Source: Lingula anatina
Lineage: Eukaryota > Animalia > Brachiopoda
Reading direction: 5' to 3'
Length of the DNA: 64,000 nt
Assembly (NCBI GenBank): GCA_051362555.1
Contig: CM120646.1
Span: forward strand, 18,228,001 to 18,292,000
Below, in pieces: positions 13,601-25,577 of the stretch. Positions within the stretch are counted from its first letter, which is position 1, and every line of letters begins with the position of its first letter. Position numbers and translations under genes: made by a program. The notes under the pieces were generated by a model. The model did no database searches. It saw nothing but the letters and a program-made list of their open reading frames with translations, and was not told the DNA's origin.

Positions 13601-16395
13601 CCAGATGTTCAAAGTCCGACATGGTTCCAAAGGTCGGCCACACTTTGGTGTAGTTTGTGACATCGTAACCAAAATCTCTCATGGGACTATCGTATATGGG
13701 ACTCAACCAGATTGTGTCCACGCCAATGGTTTTAAAGTAATCTAAACGCTCCTCAATCCCTGGAAGAGGGAAATTTTCATTTCATTTTACAATCTTAGCA
13801 GCTGAAAAAAATAGGTCTCAAACATTTGAAGTACCCCTTCCAGTACCATTCTCATAACCTTATTGTACAAACTGAATCAATCTAACTACTAGGGAATTCT
13901 CGTTAAATGCACTCAGTTTAAGTGGCTGAAATGTCTCGCACTCTCTCCATAACCTAAACCACTTGGGTAAAGTCAGAGAAACATTGTGGTCCATGACGTT
14001 GTTCATGTTGCTTTGCAAGGGGCGTGCCAGACAATTTAGCTGATGGCACTGACTGAAGGTGCCTTAGCAAGTATCCCTGCTGAGAAAGATCGATTCTACT
14101 AGTACAATAAGGTTATGGGAACACAGACTGAGATATAACACAAATAAAGACAAATATTTTAATATTTGAAACATACCCCGAAGATCCCCAATGCCATCAT
14201 GATTATAGTCTTGAAAACTCCTTGGATATATTTGGTATATCACAGTGGTTTGCCACCAGTCCAACTTTGGAGGTGGGGTGTAAGTTAATACTGCATACAG
14301 TAAGCTGAAGATTTTATAAAGATAAAAATCAATTGATTTAGGTAATTTAATTTGTGACATCAGAGGGCTGCAAACAATCATTCATTCTTTTTGGGACAGA
14401 TACTTCTTGCAATTGTGTTAATTAGAATACTGAAAAAATTGAAGTGTGGTGACAATTAACAGTATCCCCAATCTCTCTCTGTCTCTCCCTCTCTGTGTCT
14501 CTCCAAAAGTGAATACAAGTAAATATAAATAACACTTTTTTCTTGTCCAGTTACAGGAAATTTACCAAGAATCACCAGTTAAAATTACAAAATCAAAACA
14601 AAGCCCAAAATTTACTTACAAAGTCAAAAATACCAACAACCAAGATAAGGATAGGCAGAAGGCTACAGCCCACTTCCCTGTAGGACGATGTCTCTTCCAC
14701 CAAGGTTTATAATACTCATCAAAAATACACGAAGTAGCTCGATGTATCAAAGACAGTTTGCGTTCCTCTTTTGCAGGTCGGACAGTAAAATCCACAAACG
14801 TATCAGAGTCCATGCTAGAAGGACGATTTAATTCTGTTGTACGTGTCTCCTGACTGGCCAAAGAATCATCGCTCTGAGTAGAGAATCTTCTGAGGTGGCT
14901 GCGATAACCTTCGCTGTCAGGAACATTTCCACTGTGTGATAAATCTGACATGAGATCTCCATGATGTAGGATTTGAAGAGGGTCTGGAGGTGGAGCAGCA
15001 ATACTGTGTCTATGTAGCTGTAGCCTAGTAAGCACCCTGTTTAAACCACCAATAGTGACTGAGAGGACTCTGTGTAGTCCTGTTGGAATTTCCACCTCCT
15101 CTTCCTCAGTTACTGCTTCCATGAGAGACTGCGAATGCAGATTTTCCAATCCATCCTCGTTCACATCCAATGGACCTTTTAACACATGGGGATACCTCAC
15201 ATGAAATGTTTGTGGTTCATCGTCCTCCGTAAAAAATGTGACAGGTTTGTAGTCCTGTATACTCTCTTCCTCAGATGAACACATTTCGTTCTCAGGTTCA
15301 GAAGCATCACCAGATTTTGCTGATGATGCACTCCCACGCCGTCTCTGCCGAAACCGTAAATTTGTCACACTGCACAGGTGCCTTTGTCCTTCCATGCTTA
15401 AATTCCGGGGAACTGATCGCCGCGAGGGGGCGATTCTCACAACCTCGCCTAAAGGATTTATCCTTGTGGATTTTTTCTTCTTATATTCTTCCTCCTCTTC
15501 AGATATTGCATCCTGAAACCTGACTTTGCGTAACTGTATCAGTTCAGTGACATGTATCCCCCTAGTTGTCAGGTCTGTGGTATCATCACTTGCCGAGACT
15601 GAGCGGTGGAACTTAGGTGGATCAAACTGTCTAGGATCAATGGGATCCTCAGACACTGATAAGGAACGCCACCTGAGTTTCATCTGTGGCTTCATATCGT
15701 CCACAACTAAAAATACATTAATTTTTCAAAACCTTGTGTTAAATATAATTTTATCGTATTCAGTGAAAGATGGATAGAATTTGGCAACTGAAAGCAAATA
15801 TGTTTACCCCGTTTTCATGCAAACGTTATCCATTACAAAAGCTAGGAACACAAAATTGCTTACAAGTAAAGAGGTGAATTTACCCTGGATTATAACAATT
15901 CATAGAAAATCTAGCAATTTTCTAAACCCTCTTTTATATTTAAAGTACACCAAAAAGGAAGAAAATCATCAAAAAGAGGGAAATTGCCATCACTGAAAAT
16001 TCACCTGGTAAAGGCTCCTTATCATCCTGTGTCTGATGCTTTAGTATAGAATGAGGTAAGCAAGTCTGCATCTCCACTCCATCAGCACCATGTATACTGT
16101 CCGCAGTTAGACAGGTTATATCTTCACTATAGTCCGACTGCCCATCAACCCCACTTTCTGATTCCTCCTCATCTTCCTGTGTTACCTTTTCAGCAACATC
16201 TTCCTGGCTACTTTCAGAGTGACTGGGTGGGGACTCTGAAAGCTCACTTTGTGTATGACTTGCTTCCCTTCCAGTTATTGTGACAGGGGTGCCACTTGCT
16301 GGGTGCAGAGCATCATCCTGCTCCATATTGTCTACCTCAGTATCAGTATGTCCACTTGCACTGTCTGGAGATTCATCTTCACCAGGATTATCCAT
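7615..16395 (-). CDS. Type II membrane GH13 alpha-glucosidase/maltase, SLC3A1 (rBAT)-like, ~1253 aa, 13 coding exons
   Basis: Exons (minus) 16395-16005, 15706-14620, 14304-14177, 13759-13580, 13128-12971, 12615-12490, 12071-11952, 11515-11400, 10819-10624, 9965-9786, 9104-8979, 8841-8681, 8407-7615; phases consistent, 3762 nt. GH13 motifs [81 protein letters not shown] segment [24 protein letters not shown]. Confidence 0.9.
11059..11319. mobile_element. MITE, PIF/Harbinger-like, in a glucosidase intron
   Basis: Perfect 38-bp terminal inverted repeat AGCCCAGTTTTATAAAGGACGTTTAGCACTAACCAGTG; 3-bp target-site duplication CAG on both sides; internal short subrepeats; no ORF. Confidence 0.88.
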
Positions 16396-16536
16396 TGCTA
16401 TCTGAAAAGGTATTTGACATTTCTCAAGTAAAGTTGATGGAAGCATTCAAACACACGAGCAGAGAACAAAAGTTACGAAAATCTGATATATAAATAATTA
16501 AAATAAAAATAATAAGTCCTCTAGAAAGGTGGGGGG

Positions 16537-16539
<3 letters not shown>

Positions 16540-16629
<90 letters not shown>
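16540..16629. repeat. (AG)n microsatellite
   Basis: ~45 perfect AG units in the first intron of the glucosidase gene. Confidence 0.97.
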
Positions 16630-16632
<3 letters not shown>

Positions 16633-16849
16633 AATCTATAATACTTCTCAGTTAGTCGTATATATACCACTAGCTTCTGTGTAGTGTTTTCCTTCTGTCC
16701 TGACCTTGAAAACATAAGGGTCAACACGAGGTTTGCATGGAATCAAAAGCGTATTGCATCTTTAGACAAAGCACTGAACATCCGTATCCTTATTAGAGTA
16801 TTACGAACTGACTCATATAATACAATTTTATGCATCCGGATAGACTTAC

Positions 16850-16970
16850 CTTACATTTTTCTAAGCTTGCAACTTTACACTGTAGGTTGACGTGACCTCG
16901 TTTTGAGTGCACTGCTCTTCACTTATTGAAGGATGGAAATTTCTTTTTTGGTTCGTCTGTTCGCCACATG
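16850..16970 (-). other. Probable non-coding 5' leader exon of the glucosidase/SLC3-like gene
   Basis: Strong donor AAG|GTAAGT at 16850/16849. The ATG-containing exon has its own acceptor (ttttcag|ATAGCAATG at 16401). CpG-rich sequence begins here. The 5' end of this exon is not defined. Confidence 0.55.
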
Positions 16971-18736
16971 GACGGATTTCGATCACTGGATTTCGATGTA
17001 TTCAGAAAAAGAATGGAGAGAAACAAGTAACAAAACATTAGATTTTGGCGATGACCCATTTATTTAATTGTTAATTAAAATATATGTTTGTCTGGCAACA
17101 TTATACAATAAATATGGAGAAATTTCTGGTGAAATTTTCAGGATGGGTCAAATTAATTAATGGGCAAGATATTATGATTAATGAATTAGTTGTAATGAAA
17201 ATTGCGCTTATTAATTAACCAATTTATGAAAATTGCACTTATTAACAAATCAATTTATAATAAAGTCGATCAAATCATTTAGTTAATTATTTAATTTCAA
17301 TAATGAGAATTAAGTTTATCTATTATAATATATAGCCGCTTAATTAATCAAGAAGTGAGCTGCCTTTGCGAAGATCTGCGCTTTCTGACTGATTTTCTGG
17401 TAAGATATGAAGTTCGTGCTAGGAATGGACTCGAATAAAATTAAAATAGTGGCTGTAACACCCTGAACAGTATATTCATATAGCATTTTTGTTCATTTCT
17501 TTTTTTTATGTAAGGAGATACAAAATACCCAAACAACATTTTAAAATCAATACCAACCTTTTTACCTTTAGGTGAAGTATGCCCAGTGGATTTATAAAAG
17601 AGGGATTTTACACATTTCAACCAGGCAAACCACCATAAACTGAAAACTAGTTGGACAAAAATTAGATTATTCCAATTAACAATATCCAAATAAAATGCGC
17701 CCAGTTATAAAGCCTACATACTTACGTGAGTATAACTGTACACATTGTCAGGGATTTTATCGAAATTTGCGAAGGAATATTTTCAATTAACTCTTCTGAT
17801 AAGGCAGTGAATTATTTTCTTTCACTTTAATGTAAACATTAATAGGCTGCAACTCACGGGTGACACAGGTGGCAACCGTAGGCTACATTAAGTGACTGCG
17901 TCTTTTTACGCAGGTCAACGACTTTCAATTTCTTAAGTACTTTAAGTTAACAGTTTATCGACAGATCGTAGGAAAGATGTCCATATGGACATTGATCGAA
18001 TCTGAAGAAATGCTAGTAAATAGCGGTGAAAGATTTTAGGAAATAAAATCCACATGTTAAGTTTTAAACGCCAAACGTACGTGTTCTCTGCTGGCAAAGC
18101 ATTTGTCGAAAATTTCTTTCTTTCTTTCTCTAAAACCGAAAAGATTATGATTGATAAGAGACAACCGACCTATGGACTTATTAATTTTTTTTTCAAGACA
18201 AGGTAGACTTTAAATTTTAAGAAAAAGGAAAAAAAAAACTTTTATCTAACTGCTGCACCTCTTATAAATAGTAAAACAAATTATTGTAATCGATGATTTT
18301 TAACTTTTCTTTTCTCTTAGTATTTTCTTTTCATTAAACCCCTTCATTAATGGTAATTTAATATCTGTTTTAAATGTATTTCATAATGAATAAACCTTTA
18401 CTTTATTATGTTTTATTATTTGTCATTATTTAAAAAATATTTTTAGGCCTTCATCTCTTCATTTCTCCCTCTCGTCATTCACGACGTGAGCATAAGCAAT
18501 GACACTACATGAAAACGTTACAGCATGACCTAAGATACCCTTCAATATCAACGTAAACGTCAGAATAGCATGTCATGAAACAATACAAATAAACGAACTG
18601 TCTGCTAATGGTACCAAACACAAATTCGCCATGTGCATCCTCGTATTAAAATATTTGTGTAAACTTTTCGCAACCAAAGAGCATCAAAACATATCTTGGC
18701 ATTATAAGAAGTGTTCTGCGGCATATAGAGCAAAAA

Positions 18737-20342
18737 ATGTGGCTGTATTCATTGTGTCATCCTCTGGGCTTCATTTTCACCGTGGGTGCCTTTATCACTA
18801 TAATAGGGAGTAACAGTGGAGCGCCAACGTCTCCAGGTATGGAAGTTATATATATATTTTTTGATGCCATAATGATGCCAAATGGTATTTAAAATATAAC
18901 TTTGGTTGGTATGACAGAAATATTAGACCTAAGAATGGAAGTGCAGGGTCTCGTAAGATTAGTATACAAGTTCGGGTTAGCCGAAAATATCGGGGTTACC
19001 CTTACGGAAACTTCACTTCCCATGAACCGTTTCTTGAAATGTATACAACATTTTATACAATTCGGTTTCACAGAATACCATAACTCTTATATATCATTGT
19101 ACAAATTGTTTGCTGCACACTATTTCAGCCTTAATAAGAGACAGCAAATCTTTGGTAGACTTCGCCATGTTCATCTCCTGTCTGTCCGACCACTGGTTCA
19201 CGGACTTCCTGGACTATGGCTGCTATTGTGGATTCGATGGGGGCGGGACTCCCGTTGACGATATTGATAGGTGAGGTTAAATGCGATAATGAAACTTTAT
19301 GATAAATTGGACCTTGATAATGAGGTCACTAATGAAAAGTGTGCAAACAGTTTCGATTCGAGGATATTGGTGAGGGGCATTACAATAGACGATTTGACAA
19401 GGGAAGTGTACCATTATGCGTAAGGCACAGGGATGGAAAATTGCTTTTCTGGTCTCGTTTTGAGTGCTATACCGCTTTTTAGGTGGGACAAATGAAAGAA
19501 GGGATATCCTCCGAGGATAGAGGTGCTGCCATTGTACTTATTGCTAAAATGATAGAATATTATAGCAGAGCATTGCGTATAGGGCCTATGGCAAAAAAAA
19601 AAAAAAAAAAAAAAAAAAACTAAGACAAAACTTCAACCAGATTATGCTTGTTGTACTATTAATGTGGCAGTTTCTTGGTTCCTTTCTGGTTATCAGTTGT
19701 ACATTAGGGTATTCAACACCCAATTATACGTCCATGGTTGAAGTTTGTTTTTCTCTTTCGTAGGTGCTGCAAGGCGCACGACGAGTGCTATGCGTTGATA
19801 CAGGAAGAGTGCGGCAGCCTAAGCCCATATCTCCTGCCGTACTCTGCCACCTGTGGCATGGGATTTAAGCGCTCTTTGCCTGCTCATTGTTGTAAGTGAC
19901 CCCCCCTCTTCTCTCTCTTCCCAGAGTCCATTTGTTTATTCTGTATCCTCCCAGCAAATGTTATAAAAACGTTCTTATATACATGTATATAACGTTATCT
20001 AAAGCGTTTATATTACCAAAAATGTTATGGTAACGTCATAAAACGTTCTGTGCTTGCTGGGCTAATGTTAATTCTTTTAAAACCACAAGGTCAGAAACAC
20101 AAAAGTAAAAAAATCACTGTCCTGTGCTAATTAGTGATGTTGAAACAATAGGTTTGCTTTGTTTGAAGCTCAAAAGTCATAAAATCCCCATTTGCATTTG
20201 CGTTTCAGATCCACCATCGTCTTATTGGTTGGAAGGTAGATGTCGCTACAACCTGTGTGAATGCGACAGAAGAGCTGCAGAATGCTTCACCACCGGCAAA
20301 TACAATCTCACTTACTTCGCGTACGACCAACGACTTTGTTAA
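18737..20342 (+). CDS. Secreted phospholipase A2 (group I-like), ~167 aa precursor, 4 exons
   Basis: Exons 18737-18836, 19129-19270, 19764-19891, 20209-20342 (504 nt). Signal peptide, then a short propeptide ending RDSK, then mature N-terminus [11 protein letters not shown] (Cys11). Ca loop [28 protein letters not shown] (His48/Asp49), LCECD (Asp99). 14 Cys in the mature chain. Confidence 0.93.
19950..20061. mobile_element. Short non-autonomous DNA transposon (CMC/EnSpm-like) in PLA2 intron 3
   Basis: Ends CCCAGCAA...TTGCTGGG, 2-bp duplication CT on both sides, internal AACGTT subrepeats. Confidence 0.68.
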
Positions 20343-21856
20343 GATATTAAAAAGACATTCATCTCGAAACAAATCTTGCTAAATGTTGTCCTTAGTTTTA
20401 CATTTACATTTTATGACAAGAGGCAGACAGGAGTTACACCGTAGGCTGGAACTTTTCGCTTTGGCATTGGCCAGTCGCTTTTTAACAGTTCCTTAAATAT
20501 CGGGCGAGAATTTGTATTGGCAAAGTCGGCTAATCTTGCCTATCGAAAACATCATGCTTTCAAACCTTAAATCCAAACCTATCTTTTGATTTTAATTTTA
20601 AATAAACTTAAAAAGGTAAACTTTCATTTCAGTTTTGTCTGACCCTAGTTTTTCACTTTATACATGTAGCTTTTATGATCATACATTGGAACAAAACGCG
20701 AACCTGTAGGTTCGGGGCATTGTTGAGATAGCGTTTATAGTCATCTGCTCATATTCAAAACAAAAAGAAGGCTTCTAGTCATATCTACTACGTGGCATTA
20801 TTAAAACTGAGCTCCAGGCAAATGAGAAGAGATGATAAAAGAACACGCAATATATGCATTCTCTAGTGCTGACACCTGGTTTATATCGTGTAAATCTGAG
20901 TCGTGGAACTTCAGTTGGTCGACATATGTGCATGTATCTGATAATGGATCCAACAGATATGTAGTTGAGATAAACAAAATCATTTATTGGGGCCATTTTT
21001 GACTGAGGACGACGTACCTTGATGTTCACAAATCGAGCCGAAACCTCAATCCTGGAGTTTGTTTTGAAATTCTCTTTAGCAAATGTCATGGAAAGGCACA
21101 ATTCAGAATACAAGCCATTTATTCCCTGATATGAACAACCAGAGGCTAGCAATTATTGGTTTTCATCTACACGGGTAAACGTTAAGCCGGAGGTAGGCAA
21201 GCAACTTTTGGACTCATCTTCACGTGAAAACCCGGAGGGGCTCATTAAGGGTAACGGGAAGGTATGGTGCCCCGAAAGAACAAAAAAATAAATAAACGTT
21301 TGGATAGCTGCAGATGTGAGTAAATCACCAAAAAGTGGGGGATTCTACATTTGAACGAGTTCGGAGACGGCCTTAGTCTACGAATCGAGTATAGGAATAC
21401 ATTTTCTAGTGTAATCTCAGCACGATGTCAGTGCTAGATATGTGACGAACGCTTTCAGAATTACAAAGTTCGCAATTGGAACACGAAATCTTGATGTGGA
21501 GAACGGGTATGGAGGTCAAATTTCTTAAAGTCATCTTAGGAAAAGATGCCCAACCTTTCAATCTCCCTGCATCAAAACCACTAAAATTTTGTTTTATTAA
21601 TAAAAACAAGTGACGACTTGGTGCCACACAGCCCAATAATACAATAAAGCTCTTGTTCGATTTGAGTACCTTCTGTACCCGTTTTAACAAACAACACCTG
21701 TTTTTTTTTCCATCCGATTAGCATTCGCGACTTTCCCTACAGCCTTCATTTGATTGGCGAATTTCGCTCAGGGCATTTATAACATGCGTGTACACTGTAT
21801 AAATGAAGACTTGAGTACACACTCTCTCGGACAACTGGCCGGATTGATTGTCAAAA

Positions 21857-23976
21857 ATGATCGGCGTGTGCATTTCTTCTTGCCTTCATTTTAGGGCAGT
21901 AGTCACACTGCTTTTTTTCGGATATCTATCCGTACACAGCACAGGCAACAGTATTTTCCCCGCAAACCAGTGGTTATGCAGCACTACAGACGGTGTTTTC
22001 GTCAAAAGGGTGTGTAGTTGCAGAAGTGACTGCGACCAGCGACCTTATCTCGACTGCTGTGAAGATTGGAAAAACACATGTAGCACTAGGCATACTAACC
22101 AAAACGACCGAAGCGCTAGTGAACAGACAAAAGGTATTGCCCAATGCGTTTCGGCACCAGGTCAAAAAAACTCGCATTATTCGCGCAAGAAAATCTGGCT
22201 TGTTTCTCGGTGCCTTACCGAATCGCACCAGTACAACAGAGAGTGTACCGCATCCCCAGAGCCACGATATTCGTCCGACACGAATCGTGCCTGGTCCATA
22301 TTGCCCGTGTCAGTACCCTCCACGGGACTCACGTATGCCAACGTCTTCTGTGGACTTTGTAATGGTGTCACTATTGATAAGATGGTGATTTGGACCTTAA
22401 AGATTTCGTGCATGGAACACAAGTCAGTAGCCGACCGGCGCAACACTAAAAGCAGGTTGGCATATTTGATTTGGTTTTGGAAATACGCCGAGGAATACTC
22501 TTGCGAGGCCCATTTCAAAGAGCAGAAAGATGAGAGGGAGAATCATTCGATTGCCCGGCGTTGTTTTGAAGAAGCTGACATCACAGATGCTTGCAATGGC
22601 GAATGGACGGAGAACCTCTGTGGGGAACGATCTAGTAAAGATGACACATGCCACCCAACAGCGGCGTTAATAGAGAACAACCCAATAGAAACGATCAACG
22701 TTTCGTCAGAAGTGCTGTCGTATGAAATCCACCGTGGCCAAGGTTGTTTAGATTATTTAAATGTGAAGGTTCGGAAAGATGAGAATTGCTCAATACCAGG
22801 TATGGTCGTGATAGTCGTTGAAATGCTAAATTCAGATTATATTGATAAAATGATAATTAATGCTGATAAGAGGTGAATGGGATACGTGGACTTGGGAATA
22901 AAAATTAAGTTGTGAGGAAACAGGTAGATCCGTCTACTCTAATGATTTTCTGAGAAATTTTGAAAGCTCCGTGAAATTGACCAACTTAGCATTTTTTATC
23001 AAAGTACCCCTTCCAAAGTTACTTCCATGATGAAATTATCATTTTGCTTTGGACAACTCAGTTACCATAAGTCTACCAGTTTCTTGACTCTTTTTAGAAA
23101 CAACCCTCGTGTCATATGAAACCCCAGGGGTTCATTTCCCCGTGAGGTTTGCTGTGGAGTTGAGCATTGGATGGGATGAGCTTCTACCGACGTTAAACCT
23201 TACACAAGAGAAAAGTGAAAACATCTGCAAGAGAAACCAAATACTCTATCAGGTAAAAATTAACACAAAGAGGCACATGGTACCTGTAAGGCTCCCCCAA
23301 TTACTTGCCGTCAAGGAAAAAATATCGAAAATGCTGCGGTACATTTCTTCCTTCCTTTTTTATACATTCAGTCTAGATCACAACAATCCTTGTATGTTAT
23401 ATGAAAGAATAGTTAATCATTTACACTTTTTTCTCAGTTGGATATCCATAAATCATTTATAAGATTAAAGTCAAAACTTTCCAAATGTGGTGCGCAAGAC
23501 GTGCACGTCAACTGCACTTACTGCTTTCGAGTACAGTTTTGAGTATCTCCAAATTCATCTGCGACTTCATATTTTTCAAGTGTCCGGCAACTTTTTTATC
23601 ACCCATGTCTACCATGCGCCTTTTGACACCTGTTCTTAAAGCAAGAAGAAAACACCTTCCATGAATTTTTGATCCAGACACCACTAACAGAGAGCAGGGT
23701 TTTGCTTTGTCTTATAAAAACAAGAAGGCCCGTAGGACATGTCTAAAAAGCTGACTTATGTAGTTGGCCGTTACATAATGTATTTGTATTTCATATAGTT
23801 TTAAGAAGTGCGTCAAGGGCGAATGATAGGAAACGCAGGAAAAACACGTGCAAAGTCAGCGATATCTTCAATCTCCTCAAATGCCGCATTTTGTAAGAGC
23901 TAGAGAATAATTCTGGAAGAGAGAATCTGTTCTACAGTTTATCTATACCCAAATGAAAGACAGGGTCAATTAAAGG

Positions 23977-24045
<69 letters not shown>

Positions 24046-25577
24046 GGTATATCGTGGCGTTTCTTTTTCAGAACCAGTGCCTAACCATACTTTGTCGTCG
24101 AGGAACAGAACTGAGGAACAATACTTGTCAACCATTGTTCAACCGTTTTAATCTAGGAACCGTTTTTGTGGGACTATTGTTCCAAAGCAATACAACAGGC
24201 ATCTGCTTTTATAGCAGAAGTGAACTGTTTGATATATTTCAGGAAGCTTTGAACAGCACCTGGTCAGTACTGCGTACAACGCTGGGTGAAGGTATAAAGA
24301 TAACAACAAAATTGCATGATAATGATTTAGATTATTATTACAACTGCTCAGTCACAGTGGATATAGTGCTACAGCATTTTGGGCATGCTGAAACTTACGA
24401 TGAGATTTTGGTTAAACTCGAGAGCATTTTCTACAAAATATTTGAGAAATTAAAGCTGGCATTAGTCGGTACAAAATTTAGGTGCAAATTACTGTACATT
24501 GAAGATAAAGACAGTACAACAACAAGTAGAAGTACAGTGCCGAACATTTACAGAAATGACGGCACTTGGGTGAATGTCCCGTCATCTTATGTAGCGTTTC
24601 ATAATGACAGTAGAGGTGACAGGTACGTAACAGTGCGCAATAGACCAGGTATCCTAGACCCAAAAGATCTACATATAACTAGGAATTTTGCATACATTCC
24701 CTTTGAGGTATATTTCAGAATGCCGTCAAATATAGGCCTATATGATAAACCTGCCGTAGATTACCGTGCTTATGTGTCCCTTTCGTTGACTACAGTTTCG
24801 CTGACATTTCTCTGTCTGCTATTCATCGGTTACGTCCAATCTCCGAAATTAAGAGAGGTGACTGATTTAAACATGATGAATTTGATCGGCTGTCTTTTCA
24901 TAACACAACTCCTATTTTCCGTTGGTTCGCTCTCAGAATTCCATCAAATAAGACCTATTTGCCTTGCCATTGCTGTTTTGTTTCATTATTTCTGGTTTGC
25001 TACAATGGTATGGACCTCTGCATCGGCGTTCGCAATTTTTCAGCTATTGAAGAAACCTGACGTTACCGTAGGCTCTGTCCAAAAGAGGACCCAAACGAAA
25101 CGGTTTGCCCTTGCAGCATATATTACCCCCCTTGCCCTAACAACCCCCTGTCTTATTCTGCAGTTGTGTGAGTGTTCGCCTATGACGCCATATTTTGGTG
25201 AAGCAAACTGCCTTTTAGCAGGCTCTAGTGCAATCATTGCCTTCTTTGTCGTCCCAAATGGCGTCGTCTTATTTGCCAATTTAGCTTTTTGCATATCATT
25301 GATGTGTGTGGTTCGTTCCACGACAAAATATAGAAGATCCTGTGCAAGGGCAATGGGGTATGAGGCTCTCTTTTGGTCTAGCGTCCAGTCGAGCTTTATA
25401 ATGACGCTTACATGGGTTTGTGAATACCTTGCTGAGCATCTACAATCAGACATATTTTGGTTTGTTTTCTGTCTCCTCAATTGCCTTCAAGGAGTAGGAC
25501 TTGCTTTCGTAAATGCTGGTAACGAACGTTTCCTCAATTTCTATTTCCCCAAAGTACAGCGACTGTACAGAGGTTAG
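21857..25577 (+). CDS. Secretin/adhesion-class (7tm_2-like) GPCR with somatomedin-B-like Cys-rich ectodomain, ~867 aa, 3 exons
   Basis: Exons 21857-22799, 23098-23252, 24072-25577 (2604 nt, phases 1 and 0). Signal peptide; CSCRSDC..LDCCEDWKNTC (SMB-like); PVS..TGLTYANVFCGLCNG. Seven hydrophobic segments with class-B-type motifs CLAIAVLFHYFWFATMVW and LLNCLQGV. Confidence 0.85.
23979..24044. repeat. (TA)n microsatellite
   Basis: ~33 TA units ending about 27 nt before GPCR exon 3. Confidence 0.97.

Noticed and set aside
21974-22654. Overlapping and antisense ORFs within GPCR exon 1 (similar cases in the glucosidase and Robo exons)
   Set aside because: Shadow ORFs of GC-richer coding exons.
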